DNA of 64,000 nt. Source: Polyangiales bacterium (GTDB taxonomy: Bacteria; Myxococcota_A; Polyangia; Polyangiales; Polyangiaceae). Numbering within the stretch: the stretch's first letter is position 1; every line of letters begins with the position of its first letter. The position numbers and the translations under genes are program-made. The notes beneath the pieces are model-generated. The model worked only from the letters and a program-made list of their open reading frames with translations. It was not told the origin of the DNA and searched no databases. The DNA is taken from NCBI GenBank assembly GCA_038230375.1, contig JBBRNJ010000003.1, positions 157,926 to 221,925 of the forward strand, in the 5' to 3' direction. Of this stretch, positions 29,093-39,158 are shown in pieces.

Positions 29093-30806
29093 CGGCGTCG
29101 ATCGTGTAGGGCGGATCGCAGTCGTCCTTCGGGGGCTTCACGATGTGCACGGTACCGGTGCCGCCCGTTCCGTTCCATTTGATGATGGGCTTCCCGCTGG
29201 CGGACGGCGCTACGGACGGAACGGTTGCTGCGGAGGACATGGACGAGGGAATGGACGAGGGAACGGCGGATGGACGGGGTGGCGCGCTGGAGACGGACGA
29301 TGCAGGTGCGCCTGCGTCGAGCGGGAGATCGCCGACGGTGGGGACGAACGTCGGGGTGCCCGGAGGAACAGGACCGCCCACGCCGATCTTGCGCGGCGCA
29401 TAACGCCAGACCGCGAAGCCTCCGCCGCCGAGGAGCAAGAAGGCCAGCAGCATGAGCGCGATCACGGTACCGCCGCGTCGCTTCGGGGCCTGGTCGCCCA
29501 TCGACATCGCGCCCTGTGTCGAGAGCTCGGGCGGCGCGATGGGGAAGCCGCCAGACGTGCGCGGGTGCTGCACCGGCGGGATGGACTGGATCGAGCCGAC
29601 GCTGGGCGTGTTGTCGGAGATGAGAGGGTACGGCGACGATCGCTGCGCTTGCGGTTGCTGCTGCTGTGGCGCTGCCATGTTGGACGACACGTCCGCGTAC
29701 ATTCGTCGCGAGCCGGTGCTCGGGCCAGAGGCGTGCGAGACCTGCGAAGGGTTGGTGCCTGGCGACGTGGTCTCGGCGCTCATGGTGCGCATGCCGCTGC
29801 CGGGCGGAACCGTGGCCTTGGACAGCGATCCGAATGCGCCGGACATCTCGGCGCCGGAGGACGCTTCGGTGATGTCGCGGCTCTCGATGTCGCTGATGCG
29901 GCGCGCGCGCTTCTCGATCGCCTCGTGCGCCAGCTCACGCACCCAGTCGCCCAGCTCGGAAGCGGACACCAGGCCGCCGTTGCGCTCCAGCTCCTGCGCC
30001 ATGATCTTCGCGGAGGCGTAGCGACGTGACGGATCGAACTGGAGCGCGGTCATCGTGATCTCGTCGAGCACCTTCGGGACGTTCGGATTCACGGTGCTGG
30101 GCGGTTGGATCTGCGCCGCCATGATCTTCGGGATGATCGATGCCTCGTTGTCGCCGTCGAAGAGCCTGCGCGCCGCGAGCAGCTCCCACATCATGACGCC
30201 CGCCGAGTACACGTCGGAGCGACGCGACACCTCTCGCCCCGCGAGCTGCTCCGGGGACATGTATGCGATCTTGCCCTTGAGCGAGCCGTCGCGGGTGTTC
30301 TGCAGACGTCCCGCGGCCTTCGCGACGCCAAAGTCGAACACGCGGGGCACGCCGTCCAGGCCCACGAGGACGTTCTGCGGGGACACGTCGCGGTGGACGA
30401 TGTTGAGCGCTTCGCCCCGCTCATCTGTGGCGTCATGGGCAGCGTGCAGCCCGTGCAGTGCGCCCGCCATGATCGCGAGCGCGTATTTCAGCGGGATGAT
30501 TCGCCCCCGTGCCTTCTCGGCGCGCACGAGCCGGGAGAGCGATTCGCCCTGGATGTACTCCATGACGATGAAGATCTCGTCGCCGGCGACGACGTCGATC
30601 GTGGGGATGACGTTGGTGTGGCGAATACGCGCGGCAAGGCGCGCCTCGTCCAGGAACATGGTCACGAAGTCGTCTTCGCGCGCGAGGTGTTTGTGGAGCC
30701 GCTTGATCGCGACCACCCGCGAAAACCCCACGGGGCCGCTCAATCGACCGAAATGGACAGATGCCATTCCGCCCGAGGCGATCTCGTCGAAGAGAACGTA
30801 CCCCAT
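29049..30806 (-). CDS. Membrane Ser/Thr protein kinase with C-terminal CDPPY..C motif
   Basis: ASGGMA, VAIK, HRDVSPQN, DFG, YMSPE; TM helix; ends DCDPPYTIDADGHKSYKRNCLGQP. Confidence 0.95.
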   Translation of the reverse strand: MGYVLFDEIASGGMASVHFGRLSGPVGFSRVVAIKRLHKHLAREDDFVTMFLDEARLAARIRHTNVIPTIDVVAGDEIFIVMEYIQGESLSRLVRAEKARGRIIPLKYALAIMAGALHGLHAAHDATDERGEALNIVHRDVSPQNVLVGLDGVPRVFDFGVAKAAGRLQNTRDGSLKGKIAYMSPEQLAGREVSRRSDVYSAGVMMWELLAARRLFDGDNEASIIPKIMAAQIQPPSTVNPNVPKVLDEITMTALQFDPSRRYASAKIMAQELERNGGLVSASELGDWVRELAHEAIEKRARRISDIESRDITEASSGAEMSGAFGSLSKATVPPGSGMRTMSAETTSPGTNPSQVSHASGPSTGSRRMYADVSSNMAAPQQQQPQAQRSSPYPLISDNTPSVGSIQSIPPVQHPRTSGGFPIAPPELSTQGAMSMGDQAPKRRGGTVIALMLLAFLLLGGGGFAVWRYAPRKIGVGGPVPPGTPTFVPTVGDLPLDAGAPASSVSSAPPRPSAVPSSIPSSMSSAATVPSVAPSASGKPIIKWNGTGGTGTVHIVKPPKDDCDPPYTIDADGHKSYKRNCLGQP

Positions 30807-30831
30807 AGAGGGTGCAGGATATCGGGGATCG

Positions 30832-31689
30832 CTATTGACTGTCGAACGTTACGTTGTCGAAGGCCATCTCACACTGCGCATTCGTCCCGCTACCGTCCGG
30901 GCCAAGGGAGACGACAGCATTGCCGGCAGCCATGAACGGCACCTGCGTCTGGGCCTTCAATACCGGCACCCCGTTGAAGGTGATGTCGACCATGGCGGCG
31001 GCAGGATTGCTCAATTTCACGTCGATCCGGATCCACTCTTTGAGCTTGGGCTGCTGGGTGAGCGTGGCTGGAATGAATAGCGAACCCCCGTCCCCGACAT
31101 TGGTTACCACCTGGCCCCACACCAGTCCGTTGTTGCCGTAGAGCAGGCCGAACACCGCCTCCGTGGAGGGAGAGAGGGCGAAGATGGTGATGCCTCCGCC
31201 CTTCGCGCTGCAGGAGGTGAGGCGGAAGTCGAAGGAGAAGTCGAGCGTCTTCCAGTTGATGAGCGGCCGCACCCTCTGGGAGAGGTACGCGCCCTGGAGG
31301 ATCGCCGCGGAGTTGTTTGACTTGATCAGCGAATGGAACGAAGCAGGCGGGCTTACGTACTCGTTCGTGGTGAGGTTCGATGTGCCACCGTCGGTCTGTT
31401 GGATGGTCCAGCCGTCGCTGTCGAGCGCGCCGTTGTCGAACGTGCTGCAGATCAGGTGCGAGCCGTTGCAGTTGAATGGGACGGCCGCGTCGCCGCCTGC
31501 CTCCGCGCCGATTGCCACGTCTGGCGTGTCCGCGTCCGCCAGCCCCTTGCCGTCGGCGATGCCGCTGAAGTCGGCGGTCACGTAGCAAGCCGAGCCGATG
31601 ACGGCGACGAGGCAGCTCGCAAACGCGAGGGTCGCGCGGCGCGTGCTCGGGCGGGCGAAGCGCCCCTTGTCTTCCCGGTGCTCCCTCAT
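30832..31689 (-). CDS. Lipoprotein with a beta-sandwich (lectin/LamG-like) domain
   Basis: Lipobox GSA-CYVTADFSGI; LICSTFD; W.RIDV; C-terminal MAFDNV. Confidence 0.65.
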   Translation of the reverse strand: MREHREDKGRFARPSTRRATLAFASCLVAVIGSACYVTADFSGIADGKGLADADTPDVAIGAEAGGDAAVPFNCNGSHLICSTFDNGALDSDGWTIQQTDGGTSNLTTNEYVSPPASFHSLIKSNNSAAILQGAYLSQRVRPLINWKTLDFSFDFRLTSCSAKGGGITIFALSPSTEAVFGLLYGNNGLVWGQVVTNVGDGGSLFIPATLTQQPKLKEWIRIDVKLSNPAAAMVDITFNGVPVLKAQTQVPFMAAGNAVVSLGPDGSGTNAQCEMAFDNVTFDSQ

Positions 31690-31711
31690 CGGACACTCAA
31701 TCGTACCACGC

Positions 31712-33076
31712 TCAGCGACGGTTACTCAGTTTGCGGCGGGCCCGCCTTCGTGCGGCGAGCGCCAGCGCCAGTACAGAAGCCCCCATTCCGCCGACGGCAA
31801 CGCCCGAGGGCACGGAAAGGAGCTCCATGGAGCACCCACCTCCGCCCGCGCCGAGCTTCGTGGTCGGACCTGCATCCGCGTTGCCCGCGCCGCCGTCAGC
31901 GACCCCGGCTTCGACCCCCATGGTGATGCCGAGCGCTGCCTCCTGCGTGGGCCAGTCGGCGGTGCAGAGCTCGTGGGTCGGCGTGCCCGCTGGACACGAG
32001 AGAGGACCGCGCACGCCAGAGAGATGAAGGCGCGGCTCGAACGTCTTGCCGTCATCCGTGGAGACGCCCGCCGTGAAGCCGCTGAACTCGTTCGAGCAGG
32101 CCCAGAGCAGGCCCTTCTGGTAGCCAAGGCACTGCACCTGCAGGCTGGACACCTTCGCGAACGAGAGGTCCTTTGCGGTCGCCGAGTAGAGACCGTCGTT
32201 CGGTCCACCCACGAAGACCTTCGTGCCGTCGTCGCTCAGCGCAAACCCCTGGAGCGGTCCCTTGCTCGTGAACGCGACCTTCCACGTCTTCCCGCCATCC
32301 ATGGAGACGAGCAGCCGCGCCGGGTCCACCTGCGAGCCGTTCGTGCGGACGTAGACGATGTCCTTGTTCTGCGGATCGAGCGCGGCGATGAACGGTGCCC
32401 GCTCCTTGCCCACGAGCGGAACGGCGCGCTCGACGAACGACATGCCGCCGTCGTCGGAGACCAGGATCACACCCTGCGGAGTGGCGCCGCTGCCGCGCGC
32501 GCCGGAGACATATACGCGCGTCGCGTCCGCTTGCGACCAGTCGACCGTCTCCACGAGGATCGTCGGGTCCAGGTCCGCGCCCTTCTTCGCCCACGTCTTG
32601 CCGCTGTCGGTGCTCGTGAACACCTTCGACGTGAAGAACGCGTTCCCCGCGTCGTCCGTCATGTTGGCGAAGTTCGAGGTGATGACGACCGCGGCGGTGT
32701 ACGTGTCCTTGCGCACAGCGATGTCGATGAAGTTCGCGTCGGCGAGATCACCGCCGACGAACGCGAACGTGCATGCGCCGTCGTGCGTGACGCCCAGGCC
32801 CTCGAACGTGGTGGTGGCCACCGTGCCGTCCGCGAACACGCCGAACGACGGATCCTCGGGGCCATTGAGGCCAAGCGCGCGCTCGCAGATCCAGTCCCAC
32901 GCGTGTCCGGAGTCCTTCGCGACCAGCGCGCCGAACGTGGTGCGCATGTAGATGGTGCCCGGCGTGGTCGGGTGGAACGCGAAGGCGTTCGAGGCGGGGA
33001 GGCGCCCGTTCGCGCGCGACGACCCGCTGCAGAGGAGGAGAGCGCCAAGGGCACCAGCGAGGAGGGCGTGCTTCAT
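31712..33076 (-). CDS. BNR/Asp-box repeat exported protein with MYXO-CTERM-like C-terminus
   Basis: ANGRLP after the signal peptide; several S.D.GKTW/F Asp-boxes; C-term GGGGCSM + hydrophobic stretch + RRR. Confidence 0.8.
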   Translation of the reverse strand: MKHALLAGALGALLLCSGSSRANGRLPASNAFAFHPTTPGTIYMRTTFGALVAKDSGHAWDWICERALGLNGPEDPSFGVFADGTVATTTFEGLGVTHDGACTFAFVGGDLADANFIDIAVRKDTYTAAVVITSNFANMTDDAGNAFFTSKVFTSTDSGKTWAKKGADLDPTILVETVDWSQADATRVYVSGARGSGATPQGVILVSDDGGMSFVERAVPLVGKERAPFIAALDPQNKDIVYVRTNGSQVDPARLLVSMDGGKTWKVAFTSKGPLQGFALSDDGTKVFVGGPNDGLYSATAKDLSFAKVSSLQVQCLGYQKGLLWACSNEFSGFTAGVSTDDGKTFEPRLHLSGVRGPLSCPAGTPTHELCTADWPTQEAALGITMGVEAGVADGGAGNADAGPTTKLGAGGGGCSMELLSVPSGVAVGGMGASVLALALAARRRARRKLSNRR

Positions 33077-33281
33077 ACTCACGCCCTTTCACATACCAGA
33101 TGAGCAATGCCGAAGCTGAGGCACCCGCGATCCAGGCGCGATGGAAGTCCTCGGATCCGGCGAGAATCACCTACATGCAAAATTCCGCCGCAAGAATACG
33201 GCTCCAACCGCTCCCGAGCATGGACCGTTCTCTGCACGTATGGTGGTTGCTCGCTTCACTGGACTCGGGAGGCACTCGATC

Positions 33282-34454
33282 ATGCGCAAGGCGTTCTGCA
33301 GCATTCTGGCGGTGGTGGTGGTCGGTGCAAGCGTCATCGCGTGCGGCGGCGGTGACTCCTCTTCGTCGGATGGCACGTTCGGCCCCGCCGGCTACCCCGC
33401 GAATGGCTCCGGCAACGGCGCCGGCAACGGCGGCAACGGCGGCAGCCTTGGCGGTTCTGGTGGCGGCACTGGCGGTGGCACCGGCGGCGGCAACATGGGC
33501 GTGAACGCGATGTGCGCGACGTCCACGCTCGGCGCGACGGCGGCTCCGCTCCACCTGGTCTTCGTGCTCGATCGCTCCGGCAGCATGTGTGAGTACACCC
33601 CGAGCACCAACCCGCGCGACTGCACGAATCCCAACTCCAAGTGGCAGCAGGCGACGAACGCGATGAAGACGTTCATCGCAAGCCCGGATTCGCGCGGCAT
33701 CAAGGCGTCGATGATCGTGTTCCCGTACGTCGACGGCGGTCAGTGCGACTCCAACAAGTACGTGACGCCCATCACGGCCGAGGTCACGCTGCCGGATACG
33801 ACCACCATCGGACCGGCGATCGACCAGCACGTCGCCCAGAGCGGTCAGACCCCCACGATGAACGCGCTCGACGGCGCGGTGAAGTACGCGAACTCGATCA
33901 TGATGGCGACGGGCGGCAAGGAGAAGGTCGCGATCGTGATCGCCACCGACGGCGTGCCGCAAGGCTGCTCCGATGACGGCAGCATCAACCCCGCGTCGAA
34001 CATCGTGAAGACGGTCGCGGGAACCATCCCCACCTACGTGATCGGCGTTGGCGGGCAGACCGGCGACCTGAACACGCTCGCGAGCAGCGGCGGGACCAGC
34101 AAGGCCTTCACGGCCTCGAACTCCACGCCTTCGCAGACCGGCAAGCAGCTCTCCGATGCGCTCACCGCGATCCGCACGGCGACCGTCTCCTGCAACTTCG
34201 ACATCCCGGCGGCGCCCACGGGCCAGACACTCGACTACACGAAGGTGAACGTCCAGGTCACGAGCAAGGGCACTGCAGCGACCTCGCCCTACAGCCCCGA
34301 CTGCAAGGACCCCACCGGCTGGCGCTACGACAACCCCACCGCGCCCAAGCAGGTCGAGCTCTGCGACGGGCAGTGCGGCACCGTGAAGGCGGACGCGTAC
34401 TCCTCCGTCAGCCTGGTCCTTGGCTGCGCGACGCAGACGTCCACCGTCAACTGA
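33282..34454 (+). CDS. vWA-domain lipoprotein (CglB-like)
   Basis: Lipobox VIA-C; Gly-rich linker; VLDRSGSM MIDAS, TPT, IATDGVP, TYVIGVG; Cys-rich tail GWRYD....VELC. Confidence 0.85.
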   Translation: MRKAFCSILAVVVVGASVIACGGGDSSSSDGTFGPAGYPANGSGNGAGNGGNGGSLGGSGGGTGGGTGGGNMGVNAMCATSTLGATAAPLHLVFVLDRSGSMCEYTPSTNPRDCTNPNSKWQQATNAMKTFIASPDSRGIKASMIVFPYVDGGQCDSNKYVTPITAEVTLPDTTTIGPAIDQHVAQSGQTPTMNALDGAVKYANSIMMATGGKEKVAIVIATDGVPQGCSDDGSINPASNIVKTVAGTIPTYVIGVGGQTGDLNTLASSGGTSKAFTASNSTPSQTGKQLSDALTAIRTATVSCNFDIPAAPTGQTLDYTKVNVQVTSKGTAATSPYSPDCKDPTGWRYDNPTAPKQVELCDGQCGTVKADAYSSVSLVLGCATQTSTVN

Positions 34455-35118
34455 GCGTGCACGCAAGCGTGGCCACGCCGCTCGGTGTCGTGGTCACGAT
34501 GACCGCGAATCCGGCGCTGCGGAAGGCCTCCGCGTAGTCCTCTGCGGGAAGCAGGCGGGCCTCGATGCTGACACCGAGCACGGTGTCCTCGTGAAGCAGA
34601 CGTGCTCCATCGCGGCTCATTCGGCGACCGTCGGGAAGCTCGAGCGCGTCCGGGATCTTGTCCGCCATCGCGAGCGTGGGGACCTCGACGACCACAGTCG
34701 CGGGTCGCGCAAGCACGCGCACCAGCTCCTGTGCGAGGTGCGAGAGCGAGCGCTGATCTTCGGGCGGATGCGCAAGCGTGCCGTGGAGCGCGACAGCCGC
34801 GTCGAAGCTGCCCGCCTTGAACGGGAGCGGTTGCCAGAAGTCTGCGAGCGTGAGCGGAACGCGGCGCGCGCGTCGATCGCAGAGGTCGAGCATCTCCTGC
34901 GAGAAGTCCAGGCCGACCGGCGCGTGGCCCGCGTCGAGCAGCGCAGAGAGCTCGCGTCCCGTGCCCACGCCCAGCACGAGCACGCGCGTGCGGCTCGCGA
35001 GCCTTGCGACCATTGCGGCGAGTGACTCCTTCGAGGCGGCGCCCGTCTCCGCATACACGCGATCGTAGCGCCGGGCGATGGCGTCGAAGAACGCGCGGTC
35101 GCGGCTGCGTTCCACCAT
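34447..35118 (-). CDS. Class I SAM-dependent methyltransferase
   Basis: FFDAIARRYD; VLVLGVGTG; GLDFSQEML; LPF..GSFD. Confidence 0.85.
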   Translation of the reverse strand: MVERSRDRAFFDAIARRYDRVYAETGAASKESLAAMVARLASRTRVLVLGVGTGRELSALLDAGHAPVGLDFSQEMLDLCDRRARRVPLTLADFWQPLPFKAGSFDAAVALHGTLAHPPEDQRSLSHLAQELVRVLARPATVVVEVPTLAMADKIPDALELPDGRRMSRDGARLLHEDTVLGVSIEARLLPAEDYAEAFRSAGFAVIVTTTPSGVATLACTLS

Positions 35119-35122
35119 GACC

Positions 35123-36340
35123 CTACTTCTTGCCGGTGTGGAGCAGCGTCTCGGCGATGGCCAGGTACGCGCCCTCGTGCATGCCTGCGAGCTCGATGGC
35201 GTTCCGGATCACGTGCTCCTTGTCCGCGCGGCTCCACGCTGTCTTCGGCATCTTCGTCGCGCCGCGCGCATGCGCCTTGCCGGTGAGCGCGCCAAGGTAG
35301 CGGCCGAGCGGCGCGATGTCCGGGAGCGCGAGCCGCGAGAAATCGATCTTATCCTCCTGAGGCATCAGCTTGCGCACGAACATGGAGGTCTTGCCGAGCG
35401 TGGTCTCGCCCAGGAGCGTAGGCGGTGACGCGCTGCACGCGCGCATGGCCGTGATGACGCGCGTGGCGGGCGAGAGCTTCGGCGGCTCGACGAGGATCGC
35501 GGATGACGGTGTGCCCTGCTCCTTCATGTCGAAGATGAAGCCGCCATCCTTGCCGCCGTGACCGCAGACCAGCACGGCGACACGCAGACCGCCAAGGCTT
35601 CCCGTGCCGGCGATGCGTAGCGCGAGGTCCTTGATTTCCAGGTGCTCGCCCCTGGCCTCGCCGCTCTTCTCCAGTACCTTCGCGTAGCGCGCGAACGCCT
35701 TCCTTGCCTGCTTCTGGAGCTCCAGGGACAACGACTGGTAGCGCGGACCGCGCACGAACGTCCTCTTCTTGTCCACCACATGCGTGCGCGAGTTGAGGAA
35801 GGCCAGGCGCGTCCGCTTCCGCACCTGGTCGAGCAGGCGGGTGACGGGCAGCGGCGCGTCAGGAAGCCGATTGTCATCGAAGGCAGCGGCCACGTACGCG
35901 TCCACGAGCGAGTGGCCCACCACCACGGCGTCGGGCCCGCGGAGCCTCATCTCTCTCGCGCCCAGCAGCAGGCTCGTCACGAGGCGCAGCACGTCGTAGT
36001 AGAACGGACCCACGAACGCGTCGTCGAAGTCGTTCAGGCCGAAGACCACGTCGCTTTCCTTGTCGTGCAGGGGATGCGTGCGGTATGCACCGAAATTCTC
36101 CAGGTGCAGATCGCCGGAGAGCCAACCCTCGCCGCGCGGGCCGTCTGCGAGGTCCGGGCGCGAGGCGAGGATCTCGTAGAAGAGCGGCGCGGCGCCGCGA
36201 AGGAACGCGAGCGGCGACAGCATCATGCGCGCGTCCTTGCGCTCCAGCAGCGAAGGGAAGCGCCGCGTGCGCGCGACGTCCAGGGTCATCTGGCGCGCGG
36301 CAAGCCCGCCCGCGCTCGTAGGGGTCGTCTTCTTTGCCAT
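35123..36340 (-). CDS. DUF2252 family protein (kinase-like)
   Basis: RM..SP.AFLRGAA; GDLHLENFG; F.LNDFDD; GTGSLG..R; MKE; AHAR. Confidence 0.88.
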   Translation of the reverse strand: MAKKTTPTSAGGLAARQMTLDVARTRRFPSLLERKDARMMLSPLAFLRGAAPLFYEILASRPDLADGPRGEGWLSGDLHLENFGAYRTHPLHDKESDVVFGLNDFDDAFVGPFYYDVLRLVTSLLLGAREMRLRGPDAVVVGHSLVDAYVAAAFDDNRLPDAPLPVTRLLDQVRKRTRLAFLNSRTHVVDKKRTFVRGPRYQSLSLELQKQARKAFARYAKVLEKSGEARGEHLEIKDLALRIAGTGSLGGLRVAVLVCGHGGKDGGFIFDMKEQGTPSSAILVEPPKLSPATRVITAMRACSASPPTLLGETTLGKTSMFVRKLMPQEDKIDFSRLALPDIAPLGRYLGALTGKAHARGATKMPKTAWSRADKEHVIRNAIELAGMHEGAYLAIAETLLHTGKK

Positions 36341-36414
36341 GGGACACGTTCGCACGAGGAAGGGGGCGCCTTCCTTGAAATGTTCCTCATCTGTACTAGC
36401 GTCCGTGACCCTTC

Positions 36415-38118
36415 ATGGGTCACGCCGCCGCCCTCACGCCGCGCTGGGTTTTCAAGCCCAAGTCTCGCGCCGAGAGCCTGTCTCCCACGGCGGGCTCGAT
36501 CGCATTCGTGGACCATGACGGAAACGTCGTCCCCGTGGACGCGAAGGGAAAGGCGCAACTGGCCGTCCCGCTCTCCACCACCAGCTCACACCGCCCGGCG
36601 CGCATGCTTGCGCATCCTCTCGGCGACGCGTGGCTCGTCTGGGCCGTTGGAAGTGAGGACGGCGACACGGAGCTGTCGCTCGTGCGACAAGGGCGCAAGA
36701 AGGCCCAGCCGTTCACGGAGGGCGACCTTCCCATCCAGGCGTGCTTCGTGTCAGTGGACGGCATTGCCGTTGCGCGGTCCGCCAGCGTGGAGCTGTGGAC
36801 TCACGCCGGCAAACGCAAATGGATGCGCAAGACGGAGGGCGCGCACGTCGCGGTCGCGCTCTCCGGGGCCACGTTCCTCGCGCTCTCGGAGGAGGGCGCG
36901 CTCACGAGCTACTCCGTCGTCAGCGGAGAGCCGAAGGAGTCGCTGCGCCTCGCCGGAACGGAGCCCGCAAGCACGTGGAGGCTCGCCCTCGCCGGAAGGG
37001 AGCGCGCGCTGCTCGCGCTCGGTGAGCACATCGTGGTCGTCGACACGGCCACCATGAAGGTCGTGCGGCGCATCAAGACGCGCGGCAACATCACGCATCT
37101 GGTCGCGGACGCGGAGGGCGCCATCGCCGGCTTCGCGGACGGGTGGGTGCAGGCGATCGACCTGAAGAGCGGCGACGCTGCCCCTCCGCTGCACGCGCAC
37201 GAGAACGCGGAGGTCCTGGCGCTCGCGCTGGACAAGACCACGCTGTACTCCACGTGCGGGCTGCGGCTGTGCGCGTGGGAGCGAGCATCGCTCGGCGTCC
37301 TTCCCGCGTCGCAGTCGCCCGTGACGGCGATCTCCTCGTTCGGAGGGCTGGTGGTCGCGGGTGACAGGGCAGGGCTGCTCCGCATACTTGCGAATGGTGA
37401 CGAGGTCGGGCGCCTCTCGCTGGGGCAGGAGGTGACGGCCCTGCGCGCTGTCTCGGAGACCACCGTGGTCGCAGTCACCACGCGCGCGCTCATCTCGCTG
37501 TCCGCGCCGTGGAAGCTCCCCAGGATCATCTCGCTGCGTTCGCCCGCCACAGCGTTCACCGCGGACGCCGGCTATGCGTTCGTGGGTACCCTGGAAGGCG
37601 CCGTGGACGTCTACGATCTCACCTCCGACTCGCACGTCACGCGCTACTCCCTCTCCGAGGCAGACGTCTCCGCGCTCGCGCTCCTCCCCGGGGGAAAGCT
37701 TGCGGTGGGCACCGGCGCCATCGATGGGCGCGTGTTCATCGTCGACGCGGTCGCCGCGGAGGTCCGCCATCGCGTGGAGGCCCACGACGAGGCCTTCGGC
37801 GTCACCTGCATCGCCGCGGAGCCGCGAGGAAGATTGGTCGCGTCCGGCTCCGACGACGGCAGCGTTGCCCTCATCGACCCCGGCAAGGGCAAGGTGCTCG
37901 CCCGCATCCGCCTTCCGGAGACGCCCGCGTCGATCGCGTTCGAGGCATCGGGCAAGCGCTTCATCTGCACGTTCGCAGACGGCAAGGCGGCCGTGGTCGA
38001 TCTGGCCGACCGGGCCAAGGTGCTCGCGCTCGACCTCCGCGGTGCAACGCACGTCACGTGGGGCACCTCGCCCATGTTCGGCCACGCGGACGGGCGCGTC
38101 GCGGCGTACTCGGTGTGA
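36415..38118 (+). CDS. WD40-like beta-propeller repeat protein
   Basis: AHDEAFGVTCIA..P.GRLVASGSDDGSV and similar repeats. Confidence 0.8.
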   Translation: MGHAAALTPRWVFKPKSRAESLSPTAGSIAFVDHDGNVVPVDAKGKAQLAVPLSTTSSHRPARMLAHPLGDAWLVWAVGSEDGDTELSLVRQGRKKAQPFTEGDLPIQACFVSVDGIAVARSASVELWTHAGKRKWMRKTEGAHVAVALSGATFLALSEEGALTSYSVVSGEPKESLRLAGTEPASTWRLALAGRERALLALGEHIVVVDTATMKVVRRIKTRGNITHLVADAEGAIAGFADGWVQAIDLKSGDAAPPLHAHENAEVLALALDKTTLYSTCGLRLCAWERASLGVLPASQSPVTAISSFGGLVVAGDRAGLLRILANGDEVGRLSLGQEVTALRAVSETTVVAVTTRALISLSAPWKLPRIISLRSPATAFTADAGYAFVGTLEGAVDVYDLTSDSHVTRYSLSEADVSALALLPGGKLAVGTGAIDGRVFIVDAVAAEVRHRVEAHDEAFGVTCIAAEPRGRLVASGSDDGSVALIDPGKGKVLARIRLPETPASIAFEASGKRFICTFADGKAAVVDLADRAKVLALDLRGATHVTWGTSPMFGHADGRVAAYSV

Positions 38119-39119
38119 CCACGGTGGCGACCACGGAGACGCTCCGCACGCGCGCAGGTCGCGCACTCGAGCGCGGCCTCCCGCTCCTCGCGCCGCTGGG
38201 CTTCCTGCACGGCGCGCTCGCGCCGATCTCTCGCGTGCTCCGTGCTGCGCCGGGTGTGGTGGTTGTCGCGATCGGCGGCGCCACCATCGGCGGCTCCGGG
38301 CGCACCGCGCTGGCGCTTTCATGTGCAGAATACATGCATGCGTGTGGCGCTCGCGTCGCGATCGTGGGGCACGCCTACCGCGCAAGGCCTGGTGCAGCGC
38401 CGCGCATCGTGTCCACAACGGACTCGCTCCCAGAGGTCGGGGACGAGGCGCGGATGCTTGCGCGCGCGCTCGGCGATCGGGTGAAGGTCGTCGTGGCCGA
38501 CCAGCGCCAACATGCGCTCGACCTCGCCTGCGCGCTCGCGGACGTGGTGCTCCTGGACGGCGTGCTGCAGACCACACCGCAGCGGGCTCACCTGTCGCTG
38601 CTCGCCGTGCGCGAGGAGTTGCCGTGGGGCTCGGGTCGTGTCGTGCCTGCGGGAGACCTTCGTGCGCCGCGCTCTCGGTTGCTTGCAGCGTGCGATCTGG
38701 AGGTGCCCGTGCGCATCCCAGAAGGCCCTGCCGCGTCCGCGTTGCGTGGCGCACGCGTGGGTGTGCTCACCGCCATCGCACGGCCCGAGCGTCTGCTCTC
38801 CGCGCTCGCGCATGCTGGGCTCGACGTGCGCGCGCACGTGAACCTTGGCGACCATGGAGCGCTGGACCTTGCCCGCGTCGCGACCGCCGTGACCGCCGCA
38901 ACGGCCACATCCGAGATCACCACGTGGGTCGTCACGCCGAAATGCGCCGAGCACCTTCTGCCCCTCCAAGATCTCCTCGATCTTCATGGAACACCGGTGG
39001 TTTGCCTGGAAGGACGCGCTGAGCTGTCGCCCGCGGTCAGCTCTGCACTTGCTTCATTGGCCGGCAAAGACGCACCGCGCCCACGTCGCCGCACATTGGC
39101 TGCCTTGACCGGGCTCTGA
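38115..39119 (+). CDS. lpxK: Tetraacyldisaccharide 4'-kinase LpxK (divergent)
   Basis: VVAIGGATIGGSGRT P-loop-like motif, GDEA.MLA, VLLDG.LQ, PAG.LR.P, AIARPER, DH, T.KC; GTGA overlap with the WD40 gene. Confidence 0.75.
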   Translation: MTTVATTETLRTRAGRALERGLPLLAPLGFLHGALAPISRVLRAAPGVVVVAIGGATIGGSGRTALALSCAEYMHACGARVAIVGHAYRARPGAAPRIVSTTDSLPEVGDEARMLARALGDRVKVVVADQRQHALDLACALADVVLLDGVLQTTPQRAHLSLLAVREELPWGSGRVVPAGDLRAPRSRLLAACDLEVPVRIPEGPAASALRGARVGVLTAIARPERLLSALAHAGLDVRAHVNLGDHGALDLARVATAVTAATATSEITTWVVTPKCAEHLLPLQDLLDLHGTPVVCLEGRAELSPAVSSALASLAGKDAPRPRRRTLAALTGL

Positions 39120-39158
39120 CGCCGCCATACCCTCGAAGTTCGCCGATTTGGACCAGTT

